A DNA stretch of 64,000 bases from Candidatus Marinacidobacterales bacterium (GCA_965226495.1 OZ245365.1:4608001-4672000), one strand, 5' to 3'; shown: positions 20,170 to 30,728, counted from the first letter of the stretch. Numbers and translations: made by a program. The notes: generated by a model from the sequence alone, not told the origin.

Positions 20170-21714
20170 CTAGATTTCAAGAGCCTGCGCCAACGCCTTG
20201 ACACCCTTCTTGATGTCCTTCTCATCCAAGCAGGCGTAGCCCATCACCAAGCCCGACCTCTTACGAGGGCCGAGGTAATAACGGGATAGGGGTGCGACGT
20301 CTACGCCCAGCTCGGCCGCCTTCTCCGCAACCGTCACATCCCTGGTAGCTGACCCCGGTTTGCACAAAATTGGATCTGACCCCTGTAATAAAACTGGATC
20401 TGACCCCGGTTTGTGCAGCTCTGCAATAAGGTGCATTCCGGCTTCGGCCGGCTCGACGGACAGGCGACCAGCCAGCTGGCGCCGCACTTCCTTCACCAAC
20501 GCGGCTTGTCGCTCGCGGTAGAGCCGACGCATGCGGCGGATGTGGGAACCGAAATGACCGCCATCAATAAAATCGGTGACCACCGCCTGGGTCAGCGTGG
20601 TGCTGTGGCGATCCACGAAACTGCGGGCGGCGATGAGCGGTTCCACGAGATCCGGTGGTGCGACAAGATAGCCAAGCCTCAGCGAAGGGAACAGCACTTT
20701 CGTAAAGGTACCGACGTAGATCACACGCGCCGTGTTGTCGAGACCTTGTAGCGAGGCAAGCGGCCGCCCCTTGTATCGGTACTCGCTATCGTAGTCGTCC
20801 TCGATGATCCAAGCACCCGCGGAGCGTGCCCAATCGAGAAGCGCGAAGCGGCGGGCGAGACTCAGAGTAGAGCCGAGCGGATATTGACGCGATGGGGTGA
20901 CGTAGGCCAATCGCGCATCCGGAGCCAACTCGATTCCGGTTTCGACTTGTAGCCCCTCGTCGTCGACGGGTACCGGCACTAACGAAAGCCCCGCCGCGGT
21001 GAAGGCGCCCCGCGCCCCGAGATAACCAGGCTCCTCGAGCCAGATGGCGTCTCCCGGATCGGTGAGGACTCTGACCGCGATGTCGAGGGCTTGCTGCGAG
21101 CTCGTATTGATGATGATCTGGTCCGGCTCACACTGAACCCCGCGAGCCCCGGCCAAGTACGTGGCGATGGCTTCGCGAAGCGGTCGGTAGCCCGCCGGAT
21201 CGCCGTAACAAAGATTCTCGCGACTCACGCGACGACTGCGTCGAGACAACAGCCGATGCCATAGATCGACGGGAAACTGATCGACGGCGGGGACACCGGT
21301 AGCAAACGGTCGTGGGTTCATCGCATCTCGGCCGATGGGTGTCCGGCTGATGGCTTTCCCCCGAGCTGAGATCGATCGTCCTTTCACCGATCGGGCAGGC
21401 TTGGGTTTGGTGTCGCGCCGGGCGATGGTACCGACGTCCTCGGCGATGGAGGACGCCACGTAGGTACCGTCCCCGAGACGGCTCTCGACATATCCCTCTG
21501 CGACGAGCTGATCTATCGCCACGAGAATCGTGTTGCGCGAAAGGCTCAAGTCATCGGCTAGAGTTCGGCTGGACGGAAGTCGCGCTCCTCGGGGAAGCTT
21601 GCCCTCGAGAATCAGCTCGCGGATCCGTTGATAGACCTGCTGGTACAGGGGCTGGGGGGAGCTCGGATCCACGATGGGTGCCGCAAGTAATGCTCCCATT
21701 GGCCTCTTTGCCAT
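20170..21714 (-). CDS. MocR/PdxR-like GntR regulator with PLP-dependent aminotransferase domain
   Basis: RLPSSRTLA..L..SRNT HTH, WIIEDDYDSEY, GTFTKVLFPSLRLGY. Confidence 0.93.
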   Translation of the reverse strand: MAKRPMGALLAAPIVDPSSPQPLYQQVYQRIRELILEGKLPRGARLPSSRTLADDLSLSRNTILVAIDQLVAEGYVESRLGDGTYVASSIAEDVGTIARRDTKPKPARSVKGRSISARGKAISRTPIGRDAMNPRPFATGVPAVDQFPVDLWHRLLSRRSRRVSRENLCYGDPAGYRPLREAIATYLAGARGVQCEPDQIIINTSSQQALDIAVRVLTDPGDAIWLEEPGYLGARGAFTAAGLSLVPVPVDDEGLQVETGIELAPDARLAYVTPSRQYPLGSTLSLARRFALLDWARSAGAWIIEDDYDSEYRYKGRPLASLQGLDNTARVIYVGTFTKVLFPSLRLGYLVAPPDLVEPLIAARSFVDRHSTTLTQAVVTDFIDGGHFGSHIRRMRRLYRERQAALVKEVRRQLAGRLSVEPAEAGMHLIAELHKPGSDPVLLQGSDPILCKPGSATRDVTVAEKAAELGVDVAPLSRYYLGPRKRSGLVMGYACLDEKDIKKGVKALAQALEI

Positions 21715-21828
21715 CCCGACCCTCCGGATCGCGGCGCTAAAATTGGCACCGTCGCTCCCATAATAGCGGATCTTTCGAAGGTACCACTGGCGGCTTATCC
21801 TCTAGGCTGGAGAAACCTGGGATGTCGA

Positions 21829-21861
21829 CCCTCACCCCGGCCCTCTCCCGGAGGGAGAGGG
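21829..21861. repeat. REP-like hairpin repeat (family C)
   Basis: CCCTCACCCCGGCCCTCTCCCGGAGGGAGAGGG. Confidence 0.85.
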
Positions 21862-21880
21862 AGTAGCGGACGAAGAGACC

Positions 21881-22804
21881 ATGGTTACGATCGCCTTTGT
21901 TACGAGCCGGGATTGGGCAGAGCTCACACCCGACGATCGGTCGGCCGCCAACTACCTACGCGAGCAAGGAACCGAAGTCTCCCCGGTCCGTTGGGATGAC
22001 GACGATGTCAATTGGGGGTCGTTCGATGTCATCGTGCTCCGCTCGGTCTGGGACTACCATCTTCGGCTCACAGAGTTCCGGGACTGGCTCGCGCGAATGG
22101 ACGTTCTGGGGTGCCCTCTCTTCAATCCATCGCGTTTGGTCAGGTGGAACCTCGACAAGAAATACCTAGTCCAGCTACAGAAGCAAGGTGTTCCCATCCC
22201 CCGAACTCTCTTCTTGAGCAAAGGTGAAACGACGCACCTGTCGGCTCTCTTCGATCGCCTGGACTGCACCGAGCTGGTCATTAAACCGACCGTCTCGGCA
22301 TCGGCCTACCGTCTCGCCCGAGTCTCGCGACAGAATGCTTCCGATGACCAAGTCCGCTTAGATGAGATGCTGAAAGAGCACGACGTCATGGCGCAGCCCT
22401 TCATGACCGAGCTCGCGGAGCACGGGGAATGGTCGCTCGTGTTTTTCAACAAGGAGTTTAGTCACGCGGTGGTCAAGCGCTCGGGGGACGGCGACTTTCG
22501 CGTACAGACAGAGCTCGGGGGGCGAACCGAACGCCAAGAACCTTCTTCGAACCTCCTTGCCCAAGCGGATCGCGTGCTGCAGCAAGTCGACGGCCACCCC
22601 CTCTACGCACGAGTCGATCTGGTGGAAGTCGAAGGCCGCGCGCTGCTGATGGAGCTCGAGCTCATCGAGCCCGAGCTATTCTTCACCTCCGACCCTGAGA
22701 GCCTCGAGCGATTCCGCAGGGCCCTCCGCTCCGTGCTACCGACATGCTATCCTGACGGGTGCTATCGAAGCACCGACCCGCCTTCGCCTTCTTCATTCTC
22801 CTAG
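21881..22804 (+). CDS. ATP-grasp (RimK/glutathione synthetase-like) protein
   Basis: RSVWDY, WNLDKKYL, KPTVSASA, DFRVQ, YARVD, MELELIEP. Confidence 0.88.
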   Translation: MVTIAFVTSRDWAELTPDDRSAANYLREQGTEVSPVRWDDDDVNWGSFDVIVLRSVWDYHLRLTEFRDWLARMDVLGCPLFNPSRLVRWNLDKKYLVQLQKQGVPIPRTLFLSKGETTHLSALFDRLDCTELVIKPTVSASAYRLARVSRQNASDDQVRLDEMLKEHDVMAQPFMTELAEHGEWSLVFFNKEFSHAVVKRSGDGDFRVQTELGGRTERQEPSSNLLAQADRVLQQVDGHPLYARVDLVEVEGRALLMELELIEPELFFTSDPESLERFRRALRSVLPTCYPDGCYRSTDPPSPSSFS

Positions 22805-23523
22805 TCGGCTTCCTCGAGACAGCGAGTGCGCAGGTCCAGCTCTCCACTCCCCGTGATCGCTCGGTTCACGATTTCGCCGGCGTCATATCACCTCAAGATG
22901 CTGCAACGATGGAGAGACTTCACAAGAGGCTCTTCGACCAGACGGGCGTCGCGATCGTCGTCGTCACCGTTCCGCAACTCGAGGGTGAGCCCATCGCAGA
23001 CTTCGCCGTTCGGGTCGGCCAAGACTGGGGTGTGGGACGGACAGGCGAGGATCGCGGCATCGTCGTCGCCCTCGCAACCGAAGACCGGAAAGTGTTCATC
23101 GCCACGGGCTATGGCGTCGAGGGTTACCTCCCTGATGGTCGCGTCGGAAGGATCCTGGATCAATTCGCCATTCCCTCTCTGAGACAAAACGATTGGTCCA
23201 ATGCGATGCTCCAAACCAGCGCAGCGCTCGTTCAAGCAAGCGCGACCGAGTACGGGGGCACCATCGAGGGAACCCCGGAGCTCGCGCCACAACGACGGAA
23301 CCGCCGGGATCGACCGGGGCCGTTTGGTACGGTGCTTGGGCTTTTGTTCATGCTCTTTATGGCGTACTTGTTCATCCGCCATCCGACCCTCTTCATTTTG
23401 CTTCTCCTCTCCGGTCGCGGAGGTGGTAGAGGAGGATTCGGAGGTGGCGGATTCGGCGGCGGTGGCTTCGGAGGTTTCGGCGGAGGAGGCTTCGGCGGCG
23501 GCGGGGCCGGACGAAGTTTCTAG
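22759..23523 (+). CDS. TPM domain protein (YgcG-like)
   Basis: V.DFAGVI, IATGYGVEG.LPD, Gly-rich tail GGGGAGRSF. Confidence 0.9.
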   Translation: MLSKHRPAFAFFILLVGFLETASAQVQLSTPRDRSVHDFAGVISPQDAATMERLHKRLFDQTGVAIVVVTVPQLEGEPIADFAVRVGQDWGVGRTGEDRGIVVALATEDRKVFIATGYGVEGYLPDGRVGRILDQFAIPSLRQNDWSNAMLQTSAALVQASATEYGGTIEGTPELAPQRRNRRDRPGPFGTVLGLLFMLFMAYLFIRHPTLFILLLLSGRGGGRGGFGGGGFGGGGFGGFGGGGFGGGGAGRSF

Positions 23524-23541
23524 CGCGCAGGAGGGATTAGA

Positions 23542-24258
23542 ATGGGTTCGGAATTGAAAGACCATCCCACACTAAAGAAGATGCTCACCGATCTCGCGGA
23601 GTCTCTGGGTGACCAACTCCACAGCGTGGTGCTGTACGGATCGACGGCGCGCGGCGACTACGAGAAAGCCACCAGCGACCTGAACTTGATCGTCGTGCTC
23701 GACAATCTAGATCCGTCGACGCTCGAAGCGCTGGAGCCTGCGTTCACTCGCTGGCGCAAGGCGAATCAACCCGTTCCCCGCATCTTCTCCCCTACACTCA
23801 TTGCCGATTCGGCCGACGTGTTCCCGATCGAGTTCTTCGACATCAGCCGGCGACGGATCGTCCTTTACGGGAAGGACCCCTTCGACGAGCTGGAGATCCA
23901 CGTAGACCACCTACGTCACCAGTGCGAAAGGGAGCTTCGCGAAAAGATGATGCGCCTCAGAGAAGCCTTCATCGAGACCCGAGGCAAATCGAAGGCCCTG
24001 AAGCTCCTAATGACAGACTCCTACCCCTCGTTCGTCGCCCTCTTCCGGGGCTGCCTCCATCTTCTGGACGAGGAAGTACCGATCCACAATGAGGAAGTCG
24101 TCGCGACCTTTGGAAGGCTGGCCGCCCTCGACCCGGCTCCCTTTCTCGAAATCGAGCGTCTGCGGGGCGGCGAAACAACCGATTCCGATCCCCGGGCCCT
24201 CTTCGATCGCTACTACCAGGAGCTCACAAAGGCCGTCCACCGCGTGGATCGCTTCTAG
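23542..24258 (+). CDS. Nucleotidyltransferase domain protein
   Basis: SVVLYGSTARGD...SDLN, DVFPIEF. Confidence 0.8.
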   Translation: MGSELKDHPTLKKMLTDLAESLGDQLHSVVLYGSTARGDYEKATSDLNLIVVLDNLDPSTLEALEPAFTRWRKANQPVPRIFSPTLIADSADVFPIEFFDISRRRIVLYGKDPFDELEIHVDHLRHQCERELREKMMRLREAFIETRGKSKALKLLMTDSYPSFVALFRGCLHLLDEEVPIHNEEVVATFGRLAALDPAPFLEIERLRGGETTDSDPRALFDRYYQELTKAVHRVDRF

Positions 24259-24268
24259 CTCCCTCCCC

Positions 24269-24314
24269 TTGACAATCTACAGAGCTCGGTCTATTCTCCT
24301 GTAGACCGTCTAGG
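24269..24314 (+). promoter_or_regulatory. Sigma70 promoter and probable PadR operator
   Basis: TTGACA-17 nt-TATTCT, followed by imperfect inverted repeat CTCCTGTAGAC-C-GTCTAGGAG overlapping the RBS. Confidence 0.65.
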
Positions 24315-24322
24315 AGAAGAAC

Positions 24323-24655
24323 GTGGCCGAATCTAAAAGCGACCTCTTGCAAGGCACCCTCGATATGCTCATTTTGAAGACCCTGAGTCCGGCCCCGATG
24401 CACGGCTGGGGCATCTCCCAGCGTATCCAGCAGATCTCCAAGGACGTGCTACAGGTGAATCAAGGCTCGCTCTATCCCTCGTTGCATCGACTGGAACGAC
24501 AGGGCTGGATCACCTCGGAGTGGGGAACCTCGGAGAACAACCGCCGGGCCAAGTTCTATCGCGTGACGAGGGCAGGACGTAAACAGCTCACCGAGGAAAC
24601 GGAGAACTGGGAACGACTGTCGGCCGCCATCGCCCGTATCATGCAGACCGTTTAG
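24323..24655 (+). CDS. PadR-family transcriptional regulator (acidobacterial type)
   Basis: [32 protein letters not shown]. Confidence 0.93.
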   Translation: MAESKSDLLQGTLDMLILKTLSPAPMHGWGISQRIQQISKDVLQVNQGSLYPSLHRLERQGWITSEWGTSENNRRAKFYRVTRAGRKQLTEETENWERLSAAIARIMQTV

Positions 24656-24661
24656 CGTAGG

Positions 24662-27319
24662 GTGGAGTCGTGTTTCGAAAGATCGGCATCGCGTTTCGTA
24701 GCCTTTTCCAAGAAAAACCGAGTCGAAAAGGATCTAGATGAAGAGCTTCGCTTCCACCTCGAGATGCAAACTCGAAAGAATATCGAACGCGGTTTGGATC
24801 CCGAGGAAGCTCACTACGCGGCCCGTCGCACCTTCGGAGGGTTCGAGCAAGTGAAAGAAGACTGCCGAGACCTACGGGGCACCGGATTCATTGAGACTTT
24901 CTGGCAAGACACCCGGTTCGCGGTCCGAACGTTGATGAAGCGGCCGGGCTTCACCGCCATCGTCGTGTTGACGCTCACGCTCGGCATCGGCGCAAACACC
25001 GCCATCTTTAGCGTCATCAACGGCGTCCTCTTGCGTCCGCTCCCCTACGAAGATGGCGAACAGCTGGTCGTCCTACGCCAGCAAGCTCCCTTGGCCGATG
25101 TCGACAACATGCCGTTCTCGGTCAAAGAGATCTTCGACTACCGCGAGCAAAACCAAACGTTGGAAGCGATCGTTGAATACCACACCATGCCATTCATCCT
25201 GCTCGGGCGTGGGGAGCCGGAGCGCGTTCAAACCGGGGTCGTCTCCGCGGAATTTTTCGACGTCTTGAGAGTCCAACCCTACCTCGGCCGGACGTTCCTA
25301 CGTGGAGAGGACGAGATCGGTGCCGATCCGGTCCTCGTGCTGAGCTACGAATTTTGGCAGAGGAACGGTGGCGATCCTGACATCGTGGGCCAGACGTTCG
25401 AGATGAACGATAGAGTGCACACCATCATCGGCGTTCTTCCGCCGGTACCTCAGTTCCCCGACGAAAACGATATCTATATGGCGGTTTCATCTTGCCCGTT
25501 CCGCTCCTCGGATGCTCTGCGCGAGAATCGGAACGGCCGCATGATGCGTGTCTTTGGAAAACTCAAACCCGGATTTTCGCTGGATGAAGCCCAAGCCGAT
25601 CTCTCGACGATCGCCCATCGGCTGGAGGGCGATTACCCGGAGTCCTACCCGAAGGCCCGGGGCTACGCGGTTGCCGCAAACTCCCTACAGGAAGAGCTCA
25701 CGCAGCAAGCTCGGCCAACGCTGCTCGTCCTTCTGGGTACGGTTGCTCTGGTTCTCTTGATCGCCTGCGCCAACGTAGCCAACCTCACGCTGTCTCGCCT
25801 TCTCCGTCGCGAACGCGAGCTTGCCGTCCGTTCGGCCATGGGCGCGAGCCGCGGTCGGTTGCTTCGACAACTGCTCACCGAGAGTACACTGCTAGCCATC
25901 GTGGGCGGTGCCTTCGGTCTGCTCCTTGCCGCCGGCGCGCTCGATGTACTGGCCGCCTTTACCGCCCGGTTCACAGCCCGTGCCGGTGAGATCACGATCG
26001 ACGGGCCGGTTTTACTCTTCACGGTCCTGGTGTCAATTGCAACGGGCGTCGTCTTCGGGTCGATTCCGGCGTTTACCGCGAAGCAAAACCTCGTGACCGC
26101 ACTCAACGAGGGAGGCGGGCGGACCACGAGTGGCTCCGGCAGCCATCGCGTTCGCAGCGTGCTCGTCGTGTCGCAGATCGCGATTTCTCTGATCCTGTTG
26201 ACCGGTGCCGGACTCATGATGCGTAGCTTCATCAAACTGCAGCAAGTGGACGGAGGATTCCAGACGGAGCGAGTTCTAACCCTGCTGCTCGATCTCAACT
26301 GGTCCAAATACGACAACGCAGACAGGCAGAGAGATTTTCACCGTTCTCTCCTTACGAAAGTGCAATCCCTTCCCGGCGTGACTTCGGCCGCAATTACTCG
26401 GACCTTTCCACTGAACGAGATCGGCCCGTTCACTCGGAGGCTCCAAATCGAGGGTCGCCTCGTAGAAGAAGGGCAATTGTTACCGCAAGTCGACATCCAC
26501 ACCGCGAGCCCGGACTACTTCCAGGCGATCAACATACCGTTGGTTACCGGGCGAACGTTCACATCACTTGACCATGCGGAAGCCCCGAGGGTCGCCATGA
26601 TCAACCAATCGCTGGCTGGCCATTATTGGGAACGACAAGACCCGGTCGGCCAGCGTTTGTCGCTCGACGGCGGGGAAACTTGGACGACGATCGTTGGGAT
26701 TCTAGGCGACGTCAGACAGTACGGCCTAGACACCGACGTGGAAGACGTCATCTATCTACCACTCGAACAGTTCCCCAATCGCGTCACGAGCCTGGTCGTA
26801 CGCACCGCCGCCAGCCCGCTCACGATGGGACGTCAGTTGACCAAAGCCGTCTATGAGGTCGACCCCAACCAGCCGGTGGCAAGAGTGCGGACGTTGGAGC
26901 AAGTGCGAAGCGATTCGATCGCGGCGCCTCGCCTGACGACCCTATTGCTTGGTCTCTTCGCGGGGTTGGCGCTCCTCATCACCGCGGCGGGCATCAGTGG
27001 AGTCTTGGCGCTTTCGGTTACCGAAAGGACGCAGGAGATCGGCATCCGCATGGCCTTCGGTGCCACGCGAGCGGATATGCTGAAGATGGTCCTGAAACAG
27101 GGAGCCGTTCTCGTGCTAATCGGACTGGCGTTCGGGATCGCGGGCGCTGTCGCCTTGGCTCAGCTCATGTCCGGCCTGCTCTTCGAAATCGAGCCCACCG
27201 ACCCCATCACATTCCTAGCCGTGTCACTCGTGTTGGCGTTGGTGGCGATCATTGCTTCGGTCCTGCCCGCGCGGCGTGCTACCGGGATCGATCCGATGAG
27301 CGCCCTAAGAAGTAACTAA
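24662..27319 (+). CDS. ADOP-type duplicated ABC permease (MacB/FtsX repeats); probable 1-bp frameshift near the 5' end
   Basis: LDEELRFHLE, LGIGANTAIFS, LLIACANVANL, EIGIRMAFGA; native-looking N-terminus MFRKIGIAFRSLF (GTG 24670) is in another frame. Confidence 0.9.
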   Translation: MESCFERSASRFVAFSKKNRVEKDLDEELRFHLEMQTRKNIERGLDPEEAHYAARRTFGGFEQVKEDCRDLRGTGFIETFWQDTRFAVRTLMKRPGFTAIVVLTLTLGIGANTAIFSVINGVLLRPLPYEDGEQLVVLRQQAPLADVDNMPFSVKEIFDYREQNQTLEAIVEYHTMPFILLGRGEPERVQTGVVSAEFFDVLRVQPYLGRTFLRGEDEIGADPVLVLSYEFWQRNGGDPDIVGQTFEMNDRVHTIIGVLPPVPQFPDENDIYMAVSSCPFRSSDALRENRNGRMMRVFGKLKPGFSLDEAQADLSTIAHRLEGDYPESYPKARGYAVAANSLQEELTQQARPTLLVLLGTVALVLLIACANVANLTLSRLLRRERELAVRSAMGASRGRLLRQLLTESTLLAIVGGAFGLLLAAGALDVLAAFTARFTARAGEITIDGPVLLFTVLVSIATGVVFGSIPAFTAKQNLVTALNEGGGRTTSGSGSHRVRSVLVVSQIAISLILLTGAGLMMRSFIKLQQVDGGFQTERVLTLLLDLNWSKYDNADRQRDFHRSLLTKVQSLPGVTSAAITRTFPLNEIGPFTRRLQIEGRLVEEGQLLPQVDIHTASPDYFQAINIPLVTGRTFTSLDHAEAPRVAMINQSLAGHYWERQDPVGQRLSLDGGETWTTIVGILGDVRQYGLDTDVEDVIYLPLEQFPNRVTSLVVRTAASPLTMGRQLTKAVYEVDPNQPVARVRTLEQVRSDSIAAPRLTTLLLGLFAGLALLITAAGISGVLALSVTERTQEIGIRMAFGATRADMLKMVLKQGAVLVLIGLAFGIAGAVALAQLMSGLLFEIEPTDPITFLAVSLVLALVAIIASVLPARRATGIDPMSALRSN

Positions 27320-27409
27320 TATTCCCCCTCTCAGTCTGGGAGACTACGGCGTCAAACATGGCGTGCCGCGGTCAAGTTAGCCAGACGCCGGGTGAGGGAT
27401 AGCGATGAT

Positions 27410-27458
27410 GGCTTCCATCCGTTATTCCCTCTCCCTCTGGGAGAGGGTAGGGTGAGGG
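27410..27458. repeat. REP-like hairpin repeat (family C, inverted)
   Basis: CCCTCTCCCTCTGGGAGAGGGTAGGGTGAGGG with a TGGCTTCC flank. Confidence 0.8.
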
Positions 27459-27460
27459 CT

Positions 27461-28204
27461 CTAATACCACTCCCGCAACCGCACCTCGATCTCCGGCCGC
27501 TCCTTCAAGGACGCGGTGAACTCGCTTAGATCTGACCCCCGGTAGTGGTACGGGTAGACGATCTTGGGAGCGAACGCCTTCACGCAATCGGCCGCCTCAT
27601 TGGGTGGCATGGTGTAAGGAAGGTTCATCGTCATGAAAGCGACGTCGATGTTCTCGAGCGCGCGGATCTCCGGTACGCATTCGGTGTCGCCTGAGAAATA
27701 GATTCGCTTCCCTCCGAGCGTGAGGATGTAGCCGTTGCCCCTGCCCTTGTCGTGGAAGAGCTTACCCTCCTCGGGCCCGCGGACCAGGTTGTACATCGGA
27801 ACACCTTCTATGGCGACGCCAGCGACCGTCTTGCTCTCACCGTTCGCTAGGACCGTCGGATTTTCGATCTTGGGAGCCGCCGCGGACGGCGCGACGACTG
27901 GCGCCCCCGACTTTCTCAGCTTGTCGATCATCTCCGGATCGAGGTGATCCCCGTGAATGTCGGTCACCAAGATGAGATCTCCTTGTGGTGCGCCCGAGTA
28001 GTCGCCATCGCTCCAGGGATCAACGTAGATGATCTTTCCGCCGTACTCGATCTGGACGCTGCCGTGGGTGATGGGAGTAATCTTGATGTCTCCCCCGCTA
28101 GCAGGAATGGTGTCGGAATCCCCGGCTATTGCCACGATGGCTTGGCCGAGGACGATTGGAAAGACGGTCGCGAATAACGCCATCCCTATCTTCTTAGTCA
28201 TCAT
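27461..28204 (-). CDS. MBL-fold metallo-hydrolase, exported
   Basis: TDIHGDHLD, YFSGDT, YPYHY. Confidence 0.88.
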   Translation of the reverse strand: MMTKKIGMALFATVFPIVLGQAIVAIAGDSDTIPASGGDIKITPITHGSVQIEYGGKIIYVDPWSDGDYSGAPQGDLILVTDIHGDHLDPEMIDKLRKSGAPVVAPSAAAPKIENPTVLANGESKTVAGVAIEGVPMYNLVRGPEEGKLFHDKGRGNGYILTLGGKRIYFSGDTECVPEIRALENIDVAFMTMNLPYTMPPNEAADCVKAFAPKIVYPYHYRGSDLSEFTASLKERPEIEVRLREWY

Positions 28205-28297
28205 TTAGTCCTCCTTCAGGCGATTGCTCGCCATTGTACTGTTCCCTTCTCTTTGCCATCGCATTGCGCTACTTCGGCCCACAGCCTATAATCGGTG

Positions 28298-28327
28298 CCC
28301 CTTGAGTCCCCTTGAGTCCCCTTGAGT
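28298..28327 (+). repeat. 3 x 10-bp tandem repeat CCCCTTGAGT
   Basis: Read directly; lies between a TATAAT (28287) and the start codon. Confidence 0.85.
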
Positions 28328-28337
28328 CAATGACCCG

Positions 28338-28838
28338 ATGACAGTTGCCTTACTTACCCTAAACGTGATCTCGCTCGCCACCATCGCGGCGACGGTCTTC
28401 TATGGCAACATCATTCCGCAAGGAGGCGGAGCACTCGGGCGCCATTTGACCCTGGGACTCATCGCCATCCTTCTCGCTTTGTTTGCCCATACCATGACGT
28501 TTTTCTACTTCATCGGCGTCAGTACGTCCATTCGCAATGCGGTCCAAGACGCCGGGGTCGGTGACGACCAACTCCGGCAGATCCGCCTCCTGAGAAGGCA
28601 GGTATTTCCATGGGCGGGCGGAGCGATGTTGACGCTCATGATCGCCTTCATCCTGGGCGGTGGCGCACACACCATGACGCTGCCGAGCTGGATCCATGGC
28701 GGATTCGGGTATCTGGCGTTCATGAGCGGGCTGGTTGCTTTCATCGTGGAAGCACTCTACCTCATGCGCCAGAACCGGGTCGTGCGCGACTTGGAGGAAG
28801 AGCTTCGATCCAAGACGTCTCACCCCGAGCCGACATAG
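28338..28838 (+). CDS. Hypothetical 4-TM membrane protein
   Basis: Four hydrophobic helices containing His residues. Confidence 0.7.
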   Translation: MTVALLTLNVISLATIAATVFYGNIIPQGGGALGRHLTLGLIAILLALFAHTMTFFYFIGVSTSIRNAVQDAGVGDDQLRQIRLLRRQVFPWAGGAMLTLMIAFILGGGAHTMTLPSWIHGGFGYLAFMSGLVAFIVEALYLMRQNRVVRDLEEELRSKTSHPEPT

Positions 28839-29081
28839 CTTTCCTCACCAGTCTGCCCTCTTGGTTAGGTCCCGTCAGTTTGGTTTGACGGGACCGGGAG
28901 GCAATTCTTGATGACATCCTCGAGGAAACGTCTGACATCTTAGGTTGGGATGCCCGACTCTCCGAAGTAGGATACTCTCACAACGACGACGGAATATTCT
29001 GCAAGTACACAGACTACCTCGCGCGTCGAGTCGATTTGAGCTTGTTTACCGAGCTTCACTTTGCAGAGCGGAAATAGCTAG

Positions 29082-29724
29082 ATGAGAAGGAAGCGCTACC
29101 TCCTGCTGTCACTATCGTTGCTGGTCTCGTCCAGCGCCAGCCCGGCCGTTCTGCCGGAGGCCGATCCAGGGGAAGCCATCTACGACCTGTACTTTCGCGG
29201 CATCCGGACGGTCGAGTTGATCGTAGGTCCTGTCGAGGATGAATCGATAACTTTCAGCATTCGACGCAAGAATTGGCGTACGGACCAATGGGGCACTTCG
29301 GCGTCGACGACGGACGACAAAATTGCGGACGACGAGAGGTTCGAGCTTCCCGGGGCTCTCGAAAAACTCCCCGCCCGCCTACCTGCGATCGGGCAGATCG
29401 ATTGGAAACGCCCACGAGGTGGTAGCTTGGCCCGATAGAACGTCGTTCTACCTGCGAAACCGAGTCATCGAGTCCGAGATCAAGGGCGAAACCGTGAAGG
29501 CGACGCATTGGGCGATGCAGGATGCATCCCGACCCATTGACCTCTTCAAGAAGGGGCACCGCATCCGAATTGCCGTCATGAACGCTCTCGACAACTACTA
29601 CTTCCCTAACTCCAATACCGGGGGTGACGAAGGCACTGCCAGGCACACGGTGATCGGTACTATGCGGATACACCATAGCGCCGACTATCCAAGCCATGTG
29701 TCGCTGCCCGTTCTGTCGCACTAA
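29082..29724 (+). pseudogene. Remnant of a CocE/NonD-type hydrolase (signal peptide plus C-terminal tail, frameshifted)
   Basis: FKKGHRIRIAV...PNSNTG...IHHSADYPSHVSLPV tail; catalytic domain absent. Confidence 0.65.
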
Positions 29725-29772
29725 AGGCCGGCGCGCAAGAGAACCACCTAATCATCTGACACGGAGCAAACG

Positions 29773-30204
29773 ATGGCCGATATTTTTCACGACTTTCCAA
29801 TCAAAGCCTCACCAGAAAAAGTCTTCCAGGCGGTGACCAGTCCCCCGGGGCTCGATGAGTGGTGGACCAAGCGCTCGGCCGGCGAGCCATCCGACGGCGC
29901 AGAGTACGAGCTCTGGTTCGGGCCAAAACATGATTGGCGCGCCCGGGTGACTCGATATGTCCCGAACTCCGAATTCGAGCTCGAAATGGTGCGTGCGGAC
30001 GACGACTGGACCGGCACACGAGTCGGCTTCCTCCTAGAAGAACGAGATGGCCGAACCTGGGTTCAGTTTTGGCACAAGGGTTGGCCGAGCGGGAACGACC
30101 ATTACCGAACCACCAATTGTTGCTGGGCTATGTACCTGCGGATACTGCGGCGATACCTCGAGCACGGTGAGACCGTTCCCTATGAAGATCGCCTAAATGT
30201 GTAG
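29773..30204 (+). CDS. SRPBCC/AHSA1 domain protein
   Basis: IKASPEKVFQAVT..GLDEWWT, WTGTRVGF, W..YL..L..YLE.G. Confidence 0.88.
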   Translation: MADIFHDFPIKASPEKVFQAVTSPPGLDEWWTKRSAGEPSDGAEYELWFGPKHDWRARVTRYVPNSEFELEMVRADDDWTGTRVGFLLEERDGRTWVQFWHKGWPSGNDHYRTTNCCWAMYLRILRRYLEHGETVPYEDRLNV

Positions 30205-30215
30205 TGCACGAGGAA

Positions 30216-30728
30216 ATGAACGTGAATAGCGAGGTCTGCGAACTCGTTGCGTCTGTCGAAAAGGCACGCGCTTCTGTACTGGAATCCGTAGCCGATCTGA
30301 CAGGAGCCCAAGGGGCTTTCAAACCGTCGGAGAACGAATGGTCTATCGCCGAAGTCATGGAACACCTCTACCTCGCGGAACTAGCGGGCATCACCAAGGT
30401 TTGGTCTGCACTCGAGAACCTACGAGCAGGCAGGCACTGGACCCATGAGCTCCCGAATCGGGGCAAGACGATCGACGAAGTGGTTGCCGAAACTTGGAAG
30501 CCGAAAGAAGTAGCACCACAGATAGCGACGCCGTTTATGGGTGGGCCACTCCGTCCCTGGTGCTCGGCGCTAGGCTCGCTCACGAAGGTGCTGGCAGATC
30601 TCGCAGTTGAGCTTGAGGCAAGAAAACTGGACGAGATCATCTTTCCCCACGTGCTTTCCGGTCCCTTGGACGCTCGACAACGGCTGGACTTTCTGCGATT
30701 TCATCAGAACACACAACAAGGAGGATGA
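30216..30728 (+). CDS. DinB family protein, C-terminus truncated
   Basis: WSIAEVMEHL, PH..SGPLD..QRL.FLRFH, then interrupted by a duplicated segment. Confidence 0.75.
   Translation: MNVNSEVCELVASVEKARASVLESVADLTGAQGAFKPSENEWSIAEVMEHLYLAELAGITKVWSALENLRAGRHWTHELPNRGKTIDEVVAETWKPKEVAPQIATPFMGGPLRPWCSALGSLTKVLADLAVELEARKLDEIIFPHVLSGPLDARQRLDFLRFHQNTQQGG

Noticed and set aside
28890-29078. Startless open frame (…ILDDILEETSDILGWD…)
   Set aside because: Possibly a gene remnant, but no recognisable family or start codon
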